Shown piece after piece: positions 48,109-58,109 of a stretch of 64,000 nt of DNA. This stretch comes from a virus. Within the stretch, counting starts at the first letter, position 1. Every line of letters starts with the position of its first letter. A program made the position numbers and the translations under genes. The notes under the pieces are model-generated. The model did no database searches, was not told where the DNA came from, and saw only the letters and a list, made by a program, of their open reading frames with translations. Location of the stretch: IMG/VR virus record IMGVR_UViG_3300021091_000016; one strand, given 5' to 3'.

Positions 48109-48872
48109 TACCAAGAGAGTTAGAAGAAGAGGATATCAGAACTGCTTTATTCTGTAACCATCTATACACTATAGATGGTTCTGTTGAATTTAGAAGTGAA
48201 TTACAAATTGCTTGTAAAGAGGTGATGGAGAAGTTCATTATATTTCAACTTAAAAATGGAGCAAATGCAGATTATGACCAATTCTTGCTTAAAACAATTG
48301 ATACAGCTGTAGAAAGAATCTGTAAATACCGTAAGGAAAACATAGTAAATTATTCAGAAACATTTGATAATTACAAACGTAAGGTATTCCTTTGGATGTC
48401 TAAATGGTTTGAGTTATTTCCTAGCCAAAAATATATACCTGTCATGGGCCCATATAAAGCTAGAATTCAAATATCTGAAACCGTAATTATATTAGACATC
48501 TCTGGAATCTATAAATGTGAAAGTACTAAAACCGTACACATCATAGCTTATTTAGGAGATTTGAAATATACGAATCCGCTATACGATATACCTACCTTAT
48601 GTAAGATATTATTTGGTAAACGATTAAAGGGTTTTACTAATTGTAAAACCACAGTGCATTTATTTGATACTTGGTATGATTCAAGATATTTAATTATGCA
48701 CGGAATGATACATCAAAAAATATCTAGTACAGATTTAGATGAAAAAGCTAAAGAGTATTTACTTACAAATATAAAAAGACTTGAACAAATAACAATGTCA
48801 CTTAGACTTCCTGCATGCAAGTGGAGAGAATGTCCTAAACGAAAAGAGTGTATGAAAGATGAATCACGGTGA
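48105..48872 (+). CDS. hypothetical protein, possibly degenerate Cas4-like (C-terminal Cys cluster)
   Basis: C-terminal ACKWRECPKRKEC. Confidence 0.5.
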   Translation: MIPRELEEEDIRTALFCNHLYTIDGSVEFRSELQIACKEVMEKFIIFQLKNGANADYDQFLLKTIDTAVERICKYRKENIVNYSETFDNYKRKVFLWMSKWFELFPSQKYIPVMGPYKARIQISETVIILDISGIYKCESTKTVHIIAYLGDLKYTNPLYDIPTLCKILFGKRLKGFTNCKTTVHLFDTWYDSRYLIMHGMIHQKISSTDLDEKAKEYLLTNIKRLEQITMSLRLPACKWRECPKRKECMKDESR

Positions 48873-49155
48873 TTTTAAATTAACAAGTAAAACAAGAATT
48901 AATCTACCTGCAGATAAATTCAAAGGTGGTCCTTGGACACATCTAGCAACTTGTACAAGAGGCTTTAAGGAATATGTAGCTCTACTACATGCGCCTACTC
49001 AAGAAATCTATTTGGAGGAAATTACTGCATTGGGTCAATTCAATAAAGTAGCAGATGAAAAGGAATGGCAGGAGCTATTACAATTTTTTGTAGCTAAAGG
49101 TATTGTTGCATTTATTAAAGATAAAGAGATTGTAGTTGGCGCCTGGGAGCAATAG
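48859..49155 (+). CDS. hypothetical protein
   Basis: 98-aa ORF. Confidence 0.55.
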   Translation: MNHGDFKLTSKTRINLPADKFKGGPWTHLATCTRGFKEYVALLHAPTQEIYLEEITALGQFNKVADEKEWQELLQFFVAKGIVAFIKDKEIVVGAWEQ

Positions 49156-49570
49156 GTCTACCTGGAAAAATCAATTCCATATATATGAATCTGCTTCTGA
49201 CTTTCATAATAAAGTCAGAGAGATATTTGCCACAGATAATTATTTTAAGCAAATCCAATGCTTTCAAGAAGTACCTGTATCAAATTTAGTTTCAGATTAT
49301 AAAAACAATATGGAAGCGGTTGACTGGTATATCGATTCTTTAAATGTAGTAATCGAGCTGCATGGCGAGCAACATTACAAAGCTACAGGATTTGGTAACG
49401 AGTCGTATAATGAAAAGCTTGTTAATTTCAATAATATACGTTATAGAGATAATAAAAAGAAGACAGCGTTAATAGAAAGTGGATATACTTATATAGAAAT
49501 TCCGTATAAGTTAAAATCTAAATTGACTGCTGAATTTATAAAAGAATTAATCTATAGCTATGGAGAATGA
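49136..49570 (+). CDS. Vsr/DUF559-like endonuclease
   Basis: VDWYI...IELHGEQHY...RDNKKK...IEIPY. Confidence 0.75.
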   Translation: MAPGSNRSTWKNQFHIYESASDFHNKVREIFATDNYFKQIQCFQEVPVSNLVSDYKNNMEAVDWYIDSLNVVIELHGEQHYKATGFGNESYNEKLVNFNNIRYRDNKKKTALIESGYTYIEIPYKLKSKLTAEFIKELIYSYGE

Positions 49571-49571
49571 C

Positions 49572-50219
49572 ATGAGCGATTTAAAAGCTTTAGAGGATTT
49601 ATTAAAATCTGATGAATCTGAATTTAAACATTTTTGGGGACCTGCAGATATTAAGTACTTTGGTTCTAGTAATCGAACAATTGCTTTTTTTGAAGGTATC
49701 GAAAAAGAATCAGCATTAGTTTTAATATCTCAGTTATATGAATTAGATAAGTTTTCTGACGAACCTATCTATCTAATTCTAAATACAGAAGGTGGAGACG
49801 TAGATTCGTCCTTAGCAATACTAGATTGTATTAAAGGCTTAAACTCTCCAGTAATTTGTTTAGCTACTGGGATTTGTGCTTCTGGTGGATTGATAGTACT
49901 TTCTGCTTGTGATTACAGAATTGCAACAGAAAACTGTTTATTCTTTTATCATCAGCCAATAATGTCTAGTATAGATGTAACCTCTACTAGTGAAATTAAA
50001 TCGGTAGATACTCTTTACACTTATTACCAAATCAAATTAGATCAAATACTTAAAGACAAGTCTAAAATGAATAAAAAGAAATGGTCTGAAAGCTTTGAAG
50101 GCAAGACATCTTTCTATTTTGATGCAAATCAAGCTTTAGACTTTGGGCTTATAGATTTGATTGACATACCTCCTCCAAAAACTCAAAAGATTAAAATTAA
50201 AAGGATTAAAAAGAAATGA
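49572..50219 (+). CDS. clpP: ClpP-family protease subunit
   Basis: LNTEGGDV, GICASGG (catalytic Ser), FYHQP (His), ALDFGLID. Confidence 0.85.
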   Translation: MSDLKALEDLLKSDESEFKHFWGPADIKYFGSSNRTIAFFEGIEKESALVLISQLYELDKFSDEPIYLILNTEGGDVDSSLAILDCIKGLNSPVICLATGICASGGLIVLSACDYRIATENCLFFYHQPIMSSIDVTSTSEIKSVDTLYTYYQIKLDQILKDKSKMNKKKWSESFEGKTSFYFDANQALDFGLIDLIDIPPPKTQKIKIKRIKKK

Positions 50220-50566
50220 CTACTAGAGGTCGTGGTGCTAGAATAAAAGGCGCAATGTTTGAACGCGAATTAGCAAAATACATATCTGAAAAGACTGGAT
50301 TAGAAGCTAAACGTGGTTTAGGACAAGCGAGAGTTGGTGGCTCTGAAATTGCTGATGTAGAAGTAGAATACATTCACATTGAAGCTAAAAGACAAATAAA
50401 ATGTAATATTAAAGCTGCAATGAGACAAGCTATTGATGATAGCAAAGAAAAGAATAAGCCACCAGTAGTTATAACAAAAGACGATAGAGAGGAACCTCTA
50501 GTCACTATGCGATTAGATGACTGGATTGAATTCTTTAAAGCTTATATAGAATATAAAAAGAAATGA
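50216..50566 (+). CDS. Holliday junction resolvase (Hjc-like)
   Basis: KGAMFERELA, ADV, HIEAKR, PLVTMRLDDW. Confidence 0.82.
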   Translation: MTTRGRGARIKGAMFERELAKYISEKTGLEAKRGLGQARVGGSEIADVEVEYIHIEAKRQIKCNIKAAMRQAIDDSKEKNKPPVVITKDDREEPLVTMRLDDWIEFFKAYIEYKKK

Positions 50567-51297
50567 TAGAAAAGAAGTTTGCTACAAACAAGGAACCTAT
50601 AACCTCAACTAAAAGCTTTGAATATACATTAGATTTGTTACAAAGATATAGTGATGGCGAAATTTATTTAAACGAAAAGATACTTGAATGCTTTAACCAC
50701 AATTTGATTTATTGGGCTAAACTATTAGAGGCCAATAATTTTTATGAGGATTTTTTAATTTATTCAGTATGTAGATTTTTAGACAAAGACAATAAACCTG
50801 TAGGTACTGTAGAAAGCAAGCTCTCTATTTATAAAATGATAATAAAGGAACAAGAGGTAAGTATATACGATGATTTAGTTTTGTTATTCTTAGAATTCTT
50901 ACATAAAAGAACTATCTTTGAAAGAGGAGAATACAAAAGTGAACGCAATCTATATTTTCATATTGCAATGGAAATGAAATATGCTATCTTTATTCACATA
51001 CGAAAAATCGTTTCTCTGTATTTTAGAGAATCCAGTTATCATTTGGATTCTCTAGAAACTAATCCAATAAACAGTTATGAAGAGAATTTTGAATTAAAGA
51101 TTTTCTTAGATAAAATAAATGAATTTTCAAATTATGAAAAGTATTTATTTATGCTAATTGCTGACGGATACACAGCAGAGGATAGATGTAAACTATTGTA
51201 CTTAACCAGAAGGCAACTCGCAAACGAGGAAAATATAATATGGCAATATCTAAGACAGAGGCAATCAGACAGCTTGAAGGATCTGGAGCAAACGTAG
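50563..51297 (+). CDS. hypothetical protein with C-terminal HTH (possible divergent sigma factor)
   Basis: FSNYEKYLFML.ADGYTAED...LYLTRRQL resembles a sigma region-4/LuxR HTH. Confidence 0.45.
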   Translation: MIEKKFATNKEPITSTKSFEYTLDLLQRYSDGEIYLNEKILECFNHNLIYWAKLLEANNFYEDFLIYSVCRFLDKDNKPVGTVESKLSIYKMIIKEQEVSIYDDLVLLFLEFLHKRTIFERGEYKSERNLYFHIAMEMKYAIFIHIRKIVSLYFRESSYHLDSLETNPINSYEENFELKIFLDKINEFSNYEKYLFMLIADGYTAEDRCKLLYLTRRQLANEENIIWQYLRQRQSDSLKDLEQT

Positions 51298-51737
51298 CAA
51301 ATCAACAGGCTCTAGTTAAGAAATTAAGTGGCACTCAACTGCAAAAGCAAATCAAGCATGTAATTCCAGGCGGCGCACACTTAACAGAACATGTTGCTAA
51401 GGATGAATTACCAACAGCTATTTTTACTTGGTTAAGAAGAGTAAATCATTTTAAAGATGTTACTCTTTCTATGTGTTCTGATTATACTAAGTTAAACACT
51501 AGACAAGCTCAAATCGTAGATTTTGATACTAAACAAAAGCAACCTGAGTGGGAAATTCAAGGAAAACGTTGGTTGTCCGAACGCATGGCAGATGTACTTC
51601 GAGAACAAAATATTGTAGCATTGCTAGTAAATAAGAATGGTATCACTGCAATTCAAGACGTTGATGGAAAGTTCAATCCAAGTCATGAAATGTGGGAACC
51701 TCATTTACTCTTTACACCATTTAAACCAGGAGCTTAA
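51240..51737 (+). CDS. hypothetical protein
   Basis: 165 aa with GAGG SD. Confidence 0.6.
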   Translation: MAISKTEAIRQLEGSGANVANQQALVKKLSGTQLQKQIKHVIPGGAHLTEHVAKDELPTAIFTWLRRVNHFKDVTLSMCSDYTKLNTRQAQIVDFDTKQKQPEWEIQGKRWLSERMADVLREQNIVALLVNKNGITAIQDVDGKFNPSHEMWEPHLLFTPFKPGA

Positions 51738-52050
51738 TATGTACTTTTCACCACGTACAGAAAAAACAAAAATCATCGAACTAAGCAATAGAATTGAAAA
51801 CCTACAGCTTCAATTAACAGAGTTTAGTACTGAGAATGCAAAGTTAAAAACAGAACGTGTTGAGTTACAAAATGAAATCGCAACTCAATCAGCAATGATT
51901 ATTTCCTTAAAGGAAGTTTTAAACGCTTTGCAAAAACCAGTATCTGAGGAAGTTGTAGAAGTTGAAGCTACAGATGAAGAAGCTCTAAGCTTATCTTCTG
52001 ATGAAGTTGTTGCTCCTAAAGCTAAAAAAGGACGTAAAAGTCAGTCATGA
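51637..52050 (+). CDS. coiled-coil protein with acidic/basic tail
   Basis: Likely start at MYFSP (~51739). Confidence 0.55.
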   Translation: MVSLQFKTLMESSIQVMKCGNLIYSLHHLNQELNMYFSPRTEKTKIIELSNRIENLQLQLTEFSTENAKLKTERVELQNEIATQSAMIISLKEVLNALQKPVSEEVVEVEATDEEALSLSSDEVVAPKAKKGRKSQS

Positions 52051-52206
52051 GTTGCAATTGCAAATCAAAGGTTGAAGAACAACCTAAAGACAAATCTCAA
52101 AACCTAGAGTCTGCTATTGAAAATCTTTCTAGAAAACTTCAAGAACTAGAAAGTAAATTTAATGCAATCAAACCAAAACTAGATTCAAAAGACTTATTAA
52201 AATTCA

Positions 52207-52806
52207 ATGATAGAAGATAACGTTACTACAATTATTATGGGTGGAGGCAAAGGTACTAGATTAGGTATTCCTAAAATTTATTATCAATTTAGAGGTAAAC
52301 CATTATGGTCTATAATGTATGATAAATTTATTGAATATACCAAAGAAGTAATTATTGTTGGCTTAGATACAGATTCAAGAGCTACTAGAAATGCCTCTTT
52401 ATTAGAGGCATTGAAATTAGTAAAAACTGAAAAAGTACTGGTAATTGATATTAGTATGCCGCTTGTATCAAATACATCTATTGAAAGAATTCTAAGCTTA
52501 CAAAGATTTAAATCTGTAACTCTAGGATACTTTTTAAATGAAAGCGTATATAATGCGCATACTAAAAGCTATGATTCTACCAACGATGCTTTTCTAGCTC
52601 AACCAATTCAGTTATTTGATAAGGAGCTTTTATTCTCTAGCTTATTAGATAATGAAAATGAAAACTTCAAAGAATATACTGAAATAGTTTATAAAACTAC
52701 TGGATGTAATGCAAAGCTAGCAGAAATACCATTGCTTGAAACCTACAAATTAATAACAAGAGATGACGCAAGAGTAATAGAGAATATTATGAAGGCTAGT
52801 CGATAG
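52207..52806 (+). CDS. IspD/MobA-like NTP transferase
   Basis: IMGGGKGTRLG.PK, ATRNAS, AQPIQLF, KLITRDD. Confidence 0.78.
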   Translation: MIEDNVTTIIMGGGKGTRLGIPKIYYQFRGKPLWSIMYDKFIEYTKEVIIVGLDTDSRATRNASLLEALKLVKTEKVLVIDISMPLVSNTSIERILSLQRFKSVTLGYFLNESVYNAHTKSYDSTNDAFLAQPIQLFDKELLFSSLLDNENENFKEYTEIVYKTTGCNAKLAEIPLLETYKLITRDDARVIENIMKASR

Positions 52807-53020
52807 GAGGCAAGTCCTCTAATATTTTTATTCTATTCTCCAGTGATGATACGACGCCACGTAAATGAGCTACCTCAGTTACTAATCCAGTATATATTTG
52901 CTGTACTTGAGTCATAGTTACAAATTTTTGATAAGCAATAGTTAAATCTTTAACTCTTTCCTCTAAATTTGCAATTCTATTCAATACAATAGCATCGTAT
53001 TGATTGTTAGGGTCTAACAT
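52796..53020 (-). CDS. small coiled-coil protein
   Basis: 74 aa, GGAG SD; converges on the + arm. Confidence 0.6.
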   Translation of the reverse strand: MLDPNNQYDAIVLNRIANLEERVKDLTIAYQKFVTMTQVQQIYTGLVTEVAHLRGVVSSLENRIKILEDLPPID

Positions 53021-53029
53021 ATAATCTCC

Positions 53030-53353
53030 TTAAAATAATTTAGTAATAACACTACCAATAATACCACCAATAGAAGTAAATGCAAAACGTTCCGCAATGC
53101 TTACTTTTAAATCATTAATCTTTTCATTTTGAGCTTCTTCAGAGGATTGTAAATCCTCTACATCATCCTCTAAATGTTTTAATCTAGCTTCTAGATTTAC
53201 GCCTCGATTATTAATCGTTTGAATATCCTTGTGCATGAGATTCAACATATTTTTAATATCAGTAATCTGTGAGTCAATTTTATTTTCTAATTGTCCTACT
53301 CTATAATCTAATAAAACCTGTGTAGGATCTGTGTATTTCTGATTATCAGACAT
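53030..53353 (-). CDS. coiled-coil protein with C-terminal TM (holin/XhlA-like)
   Basis: Coiled coil then FAFTSIGGIIGSVITKLF. Confidence 0.5.
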   Translation of the reverse strand: MSDNQKYTDPTQVLLDYRVGQLENKIDSQITDIKNMLNLMHKDIQTINNRGVNLEARLKHLEDDVEDLQSSEEAQNEKINDLKVSIAERFAFTSIGGIIGSVITKLF

Positions 53354-53418
53354 TTTGCTACTCCTTGTTAGTAATACTAATATTTATAGCAAATCCCTAA
53401 ATATAAATTCTATTATAA

Positions 53419-56061
53419 CTATTCTATGACTTCATAATAATCTACTTGGAAGTTTGTTAAATAGTCAGTATGAGCAGAATCTATTCTTACAAATCCTAAC
53501 CAATCTCCATTATTTAAAGTAAAATTAGTAGCGCTGCTAGCTATTCCACATCCTAGAGAATTGTCAAAACCACTATTATTTACTAAAGTAATTTGAACGC
53601 CTGTATGCTTTATTGAAATGTTATCTCTAAAGTTTAAATCACCACCAGTTACATATGCTAAAGCTAATATTAAATTTAAACTTCTTTGCTGAAAACAGCT
53701 TACTGTTGTATTTTTAACAACAATGGTTCTACCAGTATTATTCTTCCAAGCACAAACAAATGCACTTCCTGAACCTGGCAATCCAGAACTTACTGTAGAA
53801 TCTAATGTATTACCTGTGAATGTTAATTCTGGAAATACTGTTAGAGTAGTACCTACATATGAAGTATAATGATTTTTTATACTTAATGTAGCAGGCTCCA
53901 AAATCATCATGTATCCGTCAACACTACTAATTTGAAAGACTTGACCTACGCTACCTAATTCACTAGGTAGTTCTACTCCTAAGTTTTGAATCGTTTTAGT
54001 TTGAGGTTTGAATATAAATTTTTTTTCATTTTCATTATAAAAAGTAAGCGCAGGACTTTTATTAAAAACAGTAGGAGAAATATTTATTGTATCCGCCTTT
54101 AAAGATATTTCTCCTCCACCAGTTCCAGATAAACCTGGTGAACTCAATAACAAATCATTGCTAATATTATCAATAGAAGGCACTCCTAAGCTTATATATC
54201 CTTGCACATATAGATTGTCATTAACAGATACTGTTCCACTTTGAGAATCTAAAGTTAAACCTCCTGTGTTAGTTGTAATTGTATTTACATGACTACCACC
54301 AGTTTGGTCTGCCAATAATATGTTCCCCATTCTTGTTTTTTGATTAAATTGCCAATAATTAGCTAGCTCATCCCATCTTAAAGTAGCATTTATATTACCT
54401 AGTCCAGGACGATATATTTTAAATGCAGTGACACTCTTTGATGCAGGACTCACTGCATCCATATTGAATTGAATTGCTTCGTATTCATTTTGAGAATTAT
54501 CATAAGTATTAAAACCAATATATGCTGGCGGATTGTTAAATATAATATTCGAACTACCTCCAACTAAACCCAACCCTGCATATGCTGAAATCAATCCATA
54601 AAAAACAGAGTAGCCTCCAGTTTGTTGAAAAATTAAATCACTTTGATTATTTCTATACATCGAACTACCATTAATAATAGTTTGTCCTAAAATTACAGAG
54701 TTTAAGCTTGCATTAGTTGCAGCAAAATTACCAGAAGCATCTCTTTGTACAACATAATTAAAAGTATTAGCACTTGATGATTGTATTCTTACTGTAGGAC
54801 TTAACGCTGGTCCATCTTTATATAAAGGACTAGCAGCAGTAATCCCAGTCAAAACATCAGTACTACCAGGACTTACTTCAACATAAACAGTAGTAGCCCA
54901 TCTGTATATTTTATTAGTATCTAAGGCCACATATATTTTACCTGATTCACCTGTAGCTGGGAATGCTGCTTGATTTGCGTATTCAACTACATCGTCTACA
55001 TAAGAAGGTAAATATGCGGCGTCTATTTTAGAAGAACTATTTAATGGAGCAATCCCGTCTGGAGCACCAATTAAATCACTGTTTATTGCATCGGTAATTC
55101 CAAATTCATCTAAAGTAGTAGGATTTTCTCCAGCAGTAATTCTACCTTTAGCATTTACACTTACTTTAAAATAATCACCAGATACGACTCCTGTATCTGA
55201 TAATCCAATAGTATGTTCATTTCCATGAGCATGAGTTTCTGTTCTAGTTAAATCACTAGAAACAGAAAGACTCTTGACATAATCACCCTCTGTATTTGAA
55301 TCTAATTGGATTTTTTGATTAATCCAATTAGTACCATTAAATACTAATGATTGATCTGCCTGAGCAGAACTTACATTTACATCTAATAAATCATCAAACA
55401 ATAATTCAATTGCGGCCTTATTAATTTTTAAAACAAAGCCGGGGTGAGACGAGGCATCTAGAATATTTAAATCAACCTCTGCATGGCCCTCTATTAATTG
55501 ACTATAAACTTGATACAATAAACTACTAAATGTAAAGCTTGGAATTGAAGGATTGTCAGAACCAGTTAAACGATGCTCTTCTGTTTGAGCGCCATAGGCC
55601 TCTACAAAAAGCTGTTTACTATAATTCATTAGTGTATCTAAGGTAGAATATATTTCTGTTAAATCTGGCGTAGCTGGTAACTCGATAGAATCTATTTGAC
55701 CTTGCAATACTCTAATTCTAGAAATCAAAGTATCAAAGGTTTCTTTTATTGTTTTTGGACGTCCATCTACACCTCCAAACCAATAAGCAGAATCTGCATT
55801 TACATTATTCCCTAATGCTATTGTTTGAGTAATTATAGTCGATGCAGATAAACCATTAATTGTAGGGTCAACAGGATAACTACCACCAGAAGGTAATGCC
55901 TGAAGCATAGGATATAATACTAGATTTATATAATCTGCCAACTTAACTAAATCAAACCTAGTATTAGATATATTGATTCCTAATGCTTGTTTAGAATCTA
56001 AATTTATAGAAGCAGATGTATTAACCGGAATTTTATTATTAAGCTCTGATAGATAACTCAT
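53419..56061 (-). CDS. tail fibre protein
   Basis: LLDVNV..LVFNGTNW, GDYFKVSVNAKGRITAG, GIAPL..SKID..YLPSYVDDVVE..FPATGESGKIYV, VVQRDASGNF. Confidence 0.8.
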   Translation of the reverse strand: MSYLSELNNKIPVNTSASINLDSKQALGINISNTRFDLVKLADYINLVLYPMLQALPSGGSYPVDPTINGLSASTIITQTIALGNNVNADSAYWFGGVDGRPKTIKETFDTLISRIRVLQGQIDSIELPATPDLTEIYSTLDTLMNYSKQLFVEAYGAQTEEHRLTGSDNPSIPSFTFSSLLYQVYSQLIEGHAEVDLNILDASSHPGFVLKINKAAIELLFDDLLDVNVSSAQADQSLVFNGTNWINQKIQLDSNTEGDYVKSLSVSSDLTRTETHAHGNEHTIGLSDTGVVSGDYFKVSVNAKGRITAGENPTTLDEFGITDAINSDLIGAPDGIAPLNSSSKIDAAYLPSYVDDVVEYANQAAFPATGESGKIYVALDTNKIYRWATTVYVEVSPGSTDVLTGITAASPLYKDGPALSPTVRIQSSSANTFNYVVQRDASGNFAATNASLNSVILGQTIINGSSMYRNNQSDLIFQQTGGYSVFYGLISAYAGLGLVGGSSNIIFNNPPAYIGFNTYDNSQNEYEAIQFNMDAVSPASKSVTAFKIYRPGLGNINATLRWDELANYWQFNQKTRMGNILLADQTGGSHVNTITTNTGGLTLDSQSGTVSVNDNLYVQGYISLGVPSIDNISNDLLLSSPGLSGTGGGEISLKADTINISPTVFNKSPALTFYNENEKKFIFKPQTKTIQNLGVELPSELGSVGQVFQISSVDGYMMILEPATLSIKNHYTSYVGTTLTVFPELTFTGNTLDSTVSSGLPGSGSAFVCAWKNNTGRTIVVKNTTVSCFQQRSLNLILALAYVTGGDLNFRDNISIKHTGVQITLVNNSGFDNSLGCGIASSATNFTLNNGDWLGFVRIDSAHTDYLTNFQVDYYEVIE

Positions 56062-58109
56062 TATACAACTCTCATTTTTATTGAATCTATTTTAGGGGTT
56101 ATGTTTTTGTTATTACTCTTTAGTACAGCTTTAACATACAACTTATTACTAGGATTTTCCATAGAATTAGATTTGTATTCTATGTCAATGGCTTCGAGAT
56201 TTGTATCTCTAGACTGTTTCTTTATTTTGAAAAACAATCCTAAATCATTTTCAATAACAGTATATACTGAGTAATCACTTCCGGAAGATGCTTTGAATTT
56301 AACATTGCTTACTTTCTTTGGCATGTTTAAAAATACTTTATTTTGATTTGTATAAATCTTTTCGCCATTAAAGGTATTAGGATAAGAATATCCAGTAAGT
56401 AAAAGATAATGATTGTAAGGGTAATAATTGTCAAAGTTTTTCAATGAATTCAAATTAGAAAGACTTGTTCGTAATTCTAAAAGTCTTTTAACATTATCAG
56501 TTAATGCTTGAGTTATTACTATTGAGTGCGTGCCATATCTTAAGAAAGTATTTCCTGACTTTAATTGACCATTTATGTTAATTTGTTGAGAACCAAAATC
56601 AATCCATACACCATCTCGGTCTTTAACAAATATATTTGTTTTATATGCTTCACCTATTTTTTCAAAACCACTAGTAGAATATCTAACATTCACATTTCTA
56701 AATATCTTTAGACTATCGGATATAAATTTAGATTTATTAATTGCGGGAATATAATAATTCAATACAGCTTCGTCATCCTCTAGAATAATTCCAAAAGCAT
56801 CTCTTACATTATTCACATAGTTTATATTTAAATTACTAGATGACTTATAGCTATTTGTAATTAAGCTAGGTGATGCAGCGTCACTTATCATTAATGAATG
56901 CAGGTTGCTATCTGAATTACTAAATTGAACATATCCAGGGCCATTACCATCAATACTACAAGGATACCAATTACTGTTATCCTTGCTTAAATAAAATTGT
57001 ACTGATGTCTGTTCTGGAATTACGCAACAAGTACCATCCTTAATAGTTGCAAAATTAAAATAATATGGATTGTTATCGCTATCCTTTATTTCATAAGCCT
57101 TTGTATACAAATAAGATTCCTCATTAATTTTATATTCAGCATAAGTAAGTCCTATAAAATCAATTCCAAATGCATATCCAAACAAATTGTTTCTTTTGTA
57201 ATCGTAGCCGCGCTTACTAAATACAATTCTTAAGTCCTTAACATTATCCTTATAAACATCAATGTAATTAGAACCATTAACTGGTTCGGAATTAGAATCA
57301 TAGTCCAGCTTCTCATAATTTATAAAATCTGTAGAATAATAAACAGTAAAATTTGTTTTAGCGCCGCCACTACCAGTCCTGCATACTACCTTCAACTTAT
57401 CAATGTTTTCTCCATCTACATTGTTAAACTTTAAATTTAAAGACAAATTAACAATAGAGTCTTGATATCGCGTATATGCTACGTGTTGAAATACATTGCC
57501 ATCTTCAATTAAAACATTCCTTACATTAAACAAATCCTTCCTATCTACAATATCATGAGTCGTACTGTTAGAAAAGTAATCAAACGAAACATTACTAAAT
57601 TCTGTAGAAGCAATTCTATTTAAAGCTAAAGTGACTCTACCATCATCTAATAGAGATATATTTGATTTAGTAAAATCTATATTATTGTCGTTTGATTTAA
57701 AATCCTCAACTACACCATAAGTAAACGCATCTGAGCTACCCTGTAAAAGAATTTCTTTAGATAATTCAAGCTCAAGCTTTTTTAAATAATCGTAATGCTT
57801 TTTTTGAGTGTTACCTAACGTTTTAAAAACTCTTTCTAAATCATCTGTTAGATTCAATTGTCTTTTTGTAATCGTTTCATAATCCAAATCTAACATAGTT
57901 GCATCCTCTAAATGCTTGTTAATTGAATAAGTCGTATTAGCTTGTGCAGATGGTTTGTGAGAATTGCTGAGACCGTACAATTTACTATTTGAATCATAAT
58001 CTCTATATTCTGTGTCGATTACTCTTTGAGAAGGTAATCGACCATAGGTTTGTATATATTGTTTTATAATGTGCTCTTTAATAGTTTGCTCATTGCTACT
58101 TCTATTCAT
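56061..58109 (-). CDS. putative virion structural (baseplate/tail) protein
   Basis: Helical N-terminus then beta-rich domains; ends TPKIDSIKMRVV; in structural arm. Confidence 0.55.
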   Translation of the reverse strand: MNRSSNEQTIKEHIIKQYIQTYGRLPSQRVIDTEYRDYDSNSKLYGLSNSHKPSAQANTTYSINKHLEDATMLDLDYETITKRQLNLTDDLERVFKTLGNTQKKHYDYLKKLELELSKEILLQGSSDAFTYGVVEDFKSNDNNIDFTKSNISLLDDGRVTLALNRIASTEFSNVSFDYFSNSTTHDIVDRKDLFNVRNVLIEDGNVFQHVAYTRYQDSIVNLSLNLKFNNVDGENIDKLKVVCRTGSGGAKTNFTVYYSTDFINYEKLDYDSNSEPVNGSNYIDVYKDNVKDLRIVFSKRGYDYKRNNLFGYAFGIDFIGLTYAEYKINEESYLYTKAYEIKDSDNNPYYFNFATIKDGTCCVIPEQTSVQFYLSKDNSNWYPCSIDGNGPGYVQFSNSDSNLHSLMISDAASPSLITNSYKSSSNLNINYVNNVRDAFGIILEDDEAVLNYYIPAINKSKFISDSLKIFRNVNVRYSTSGFEKIGEAYKTNIFVKDRDGVWIDFGSQQININGQLKSGNTFLRYGTHSIVITQALTDNVKRLLELRTSLSNLNSLKNFDNYYPYNHYLLLTGYSYPNTFNGEKIYTNQNKVFLNMPKKVSNVKFKASSGSDYSVYTVIENDLGLFFKIKKQSRDTNLEAIDIEYKSNSMENPSNKLYVKAVLKSNNKNITPKIDSIKMRVV

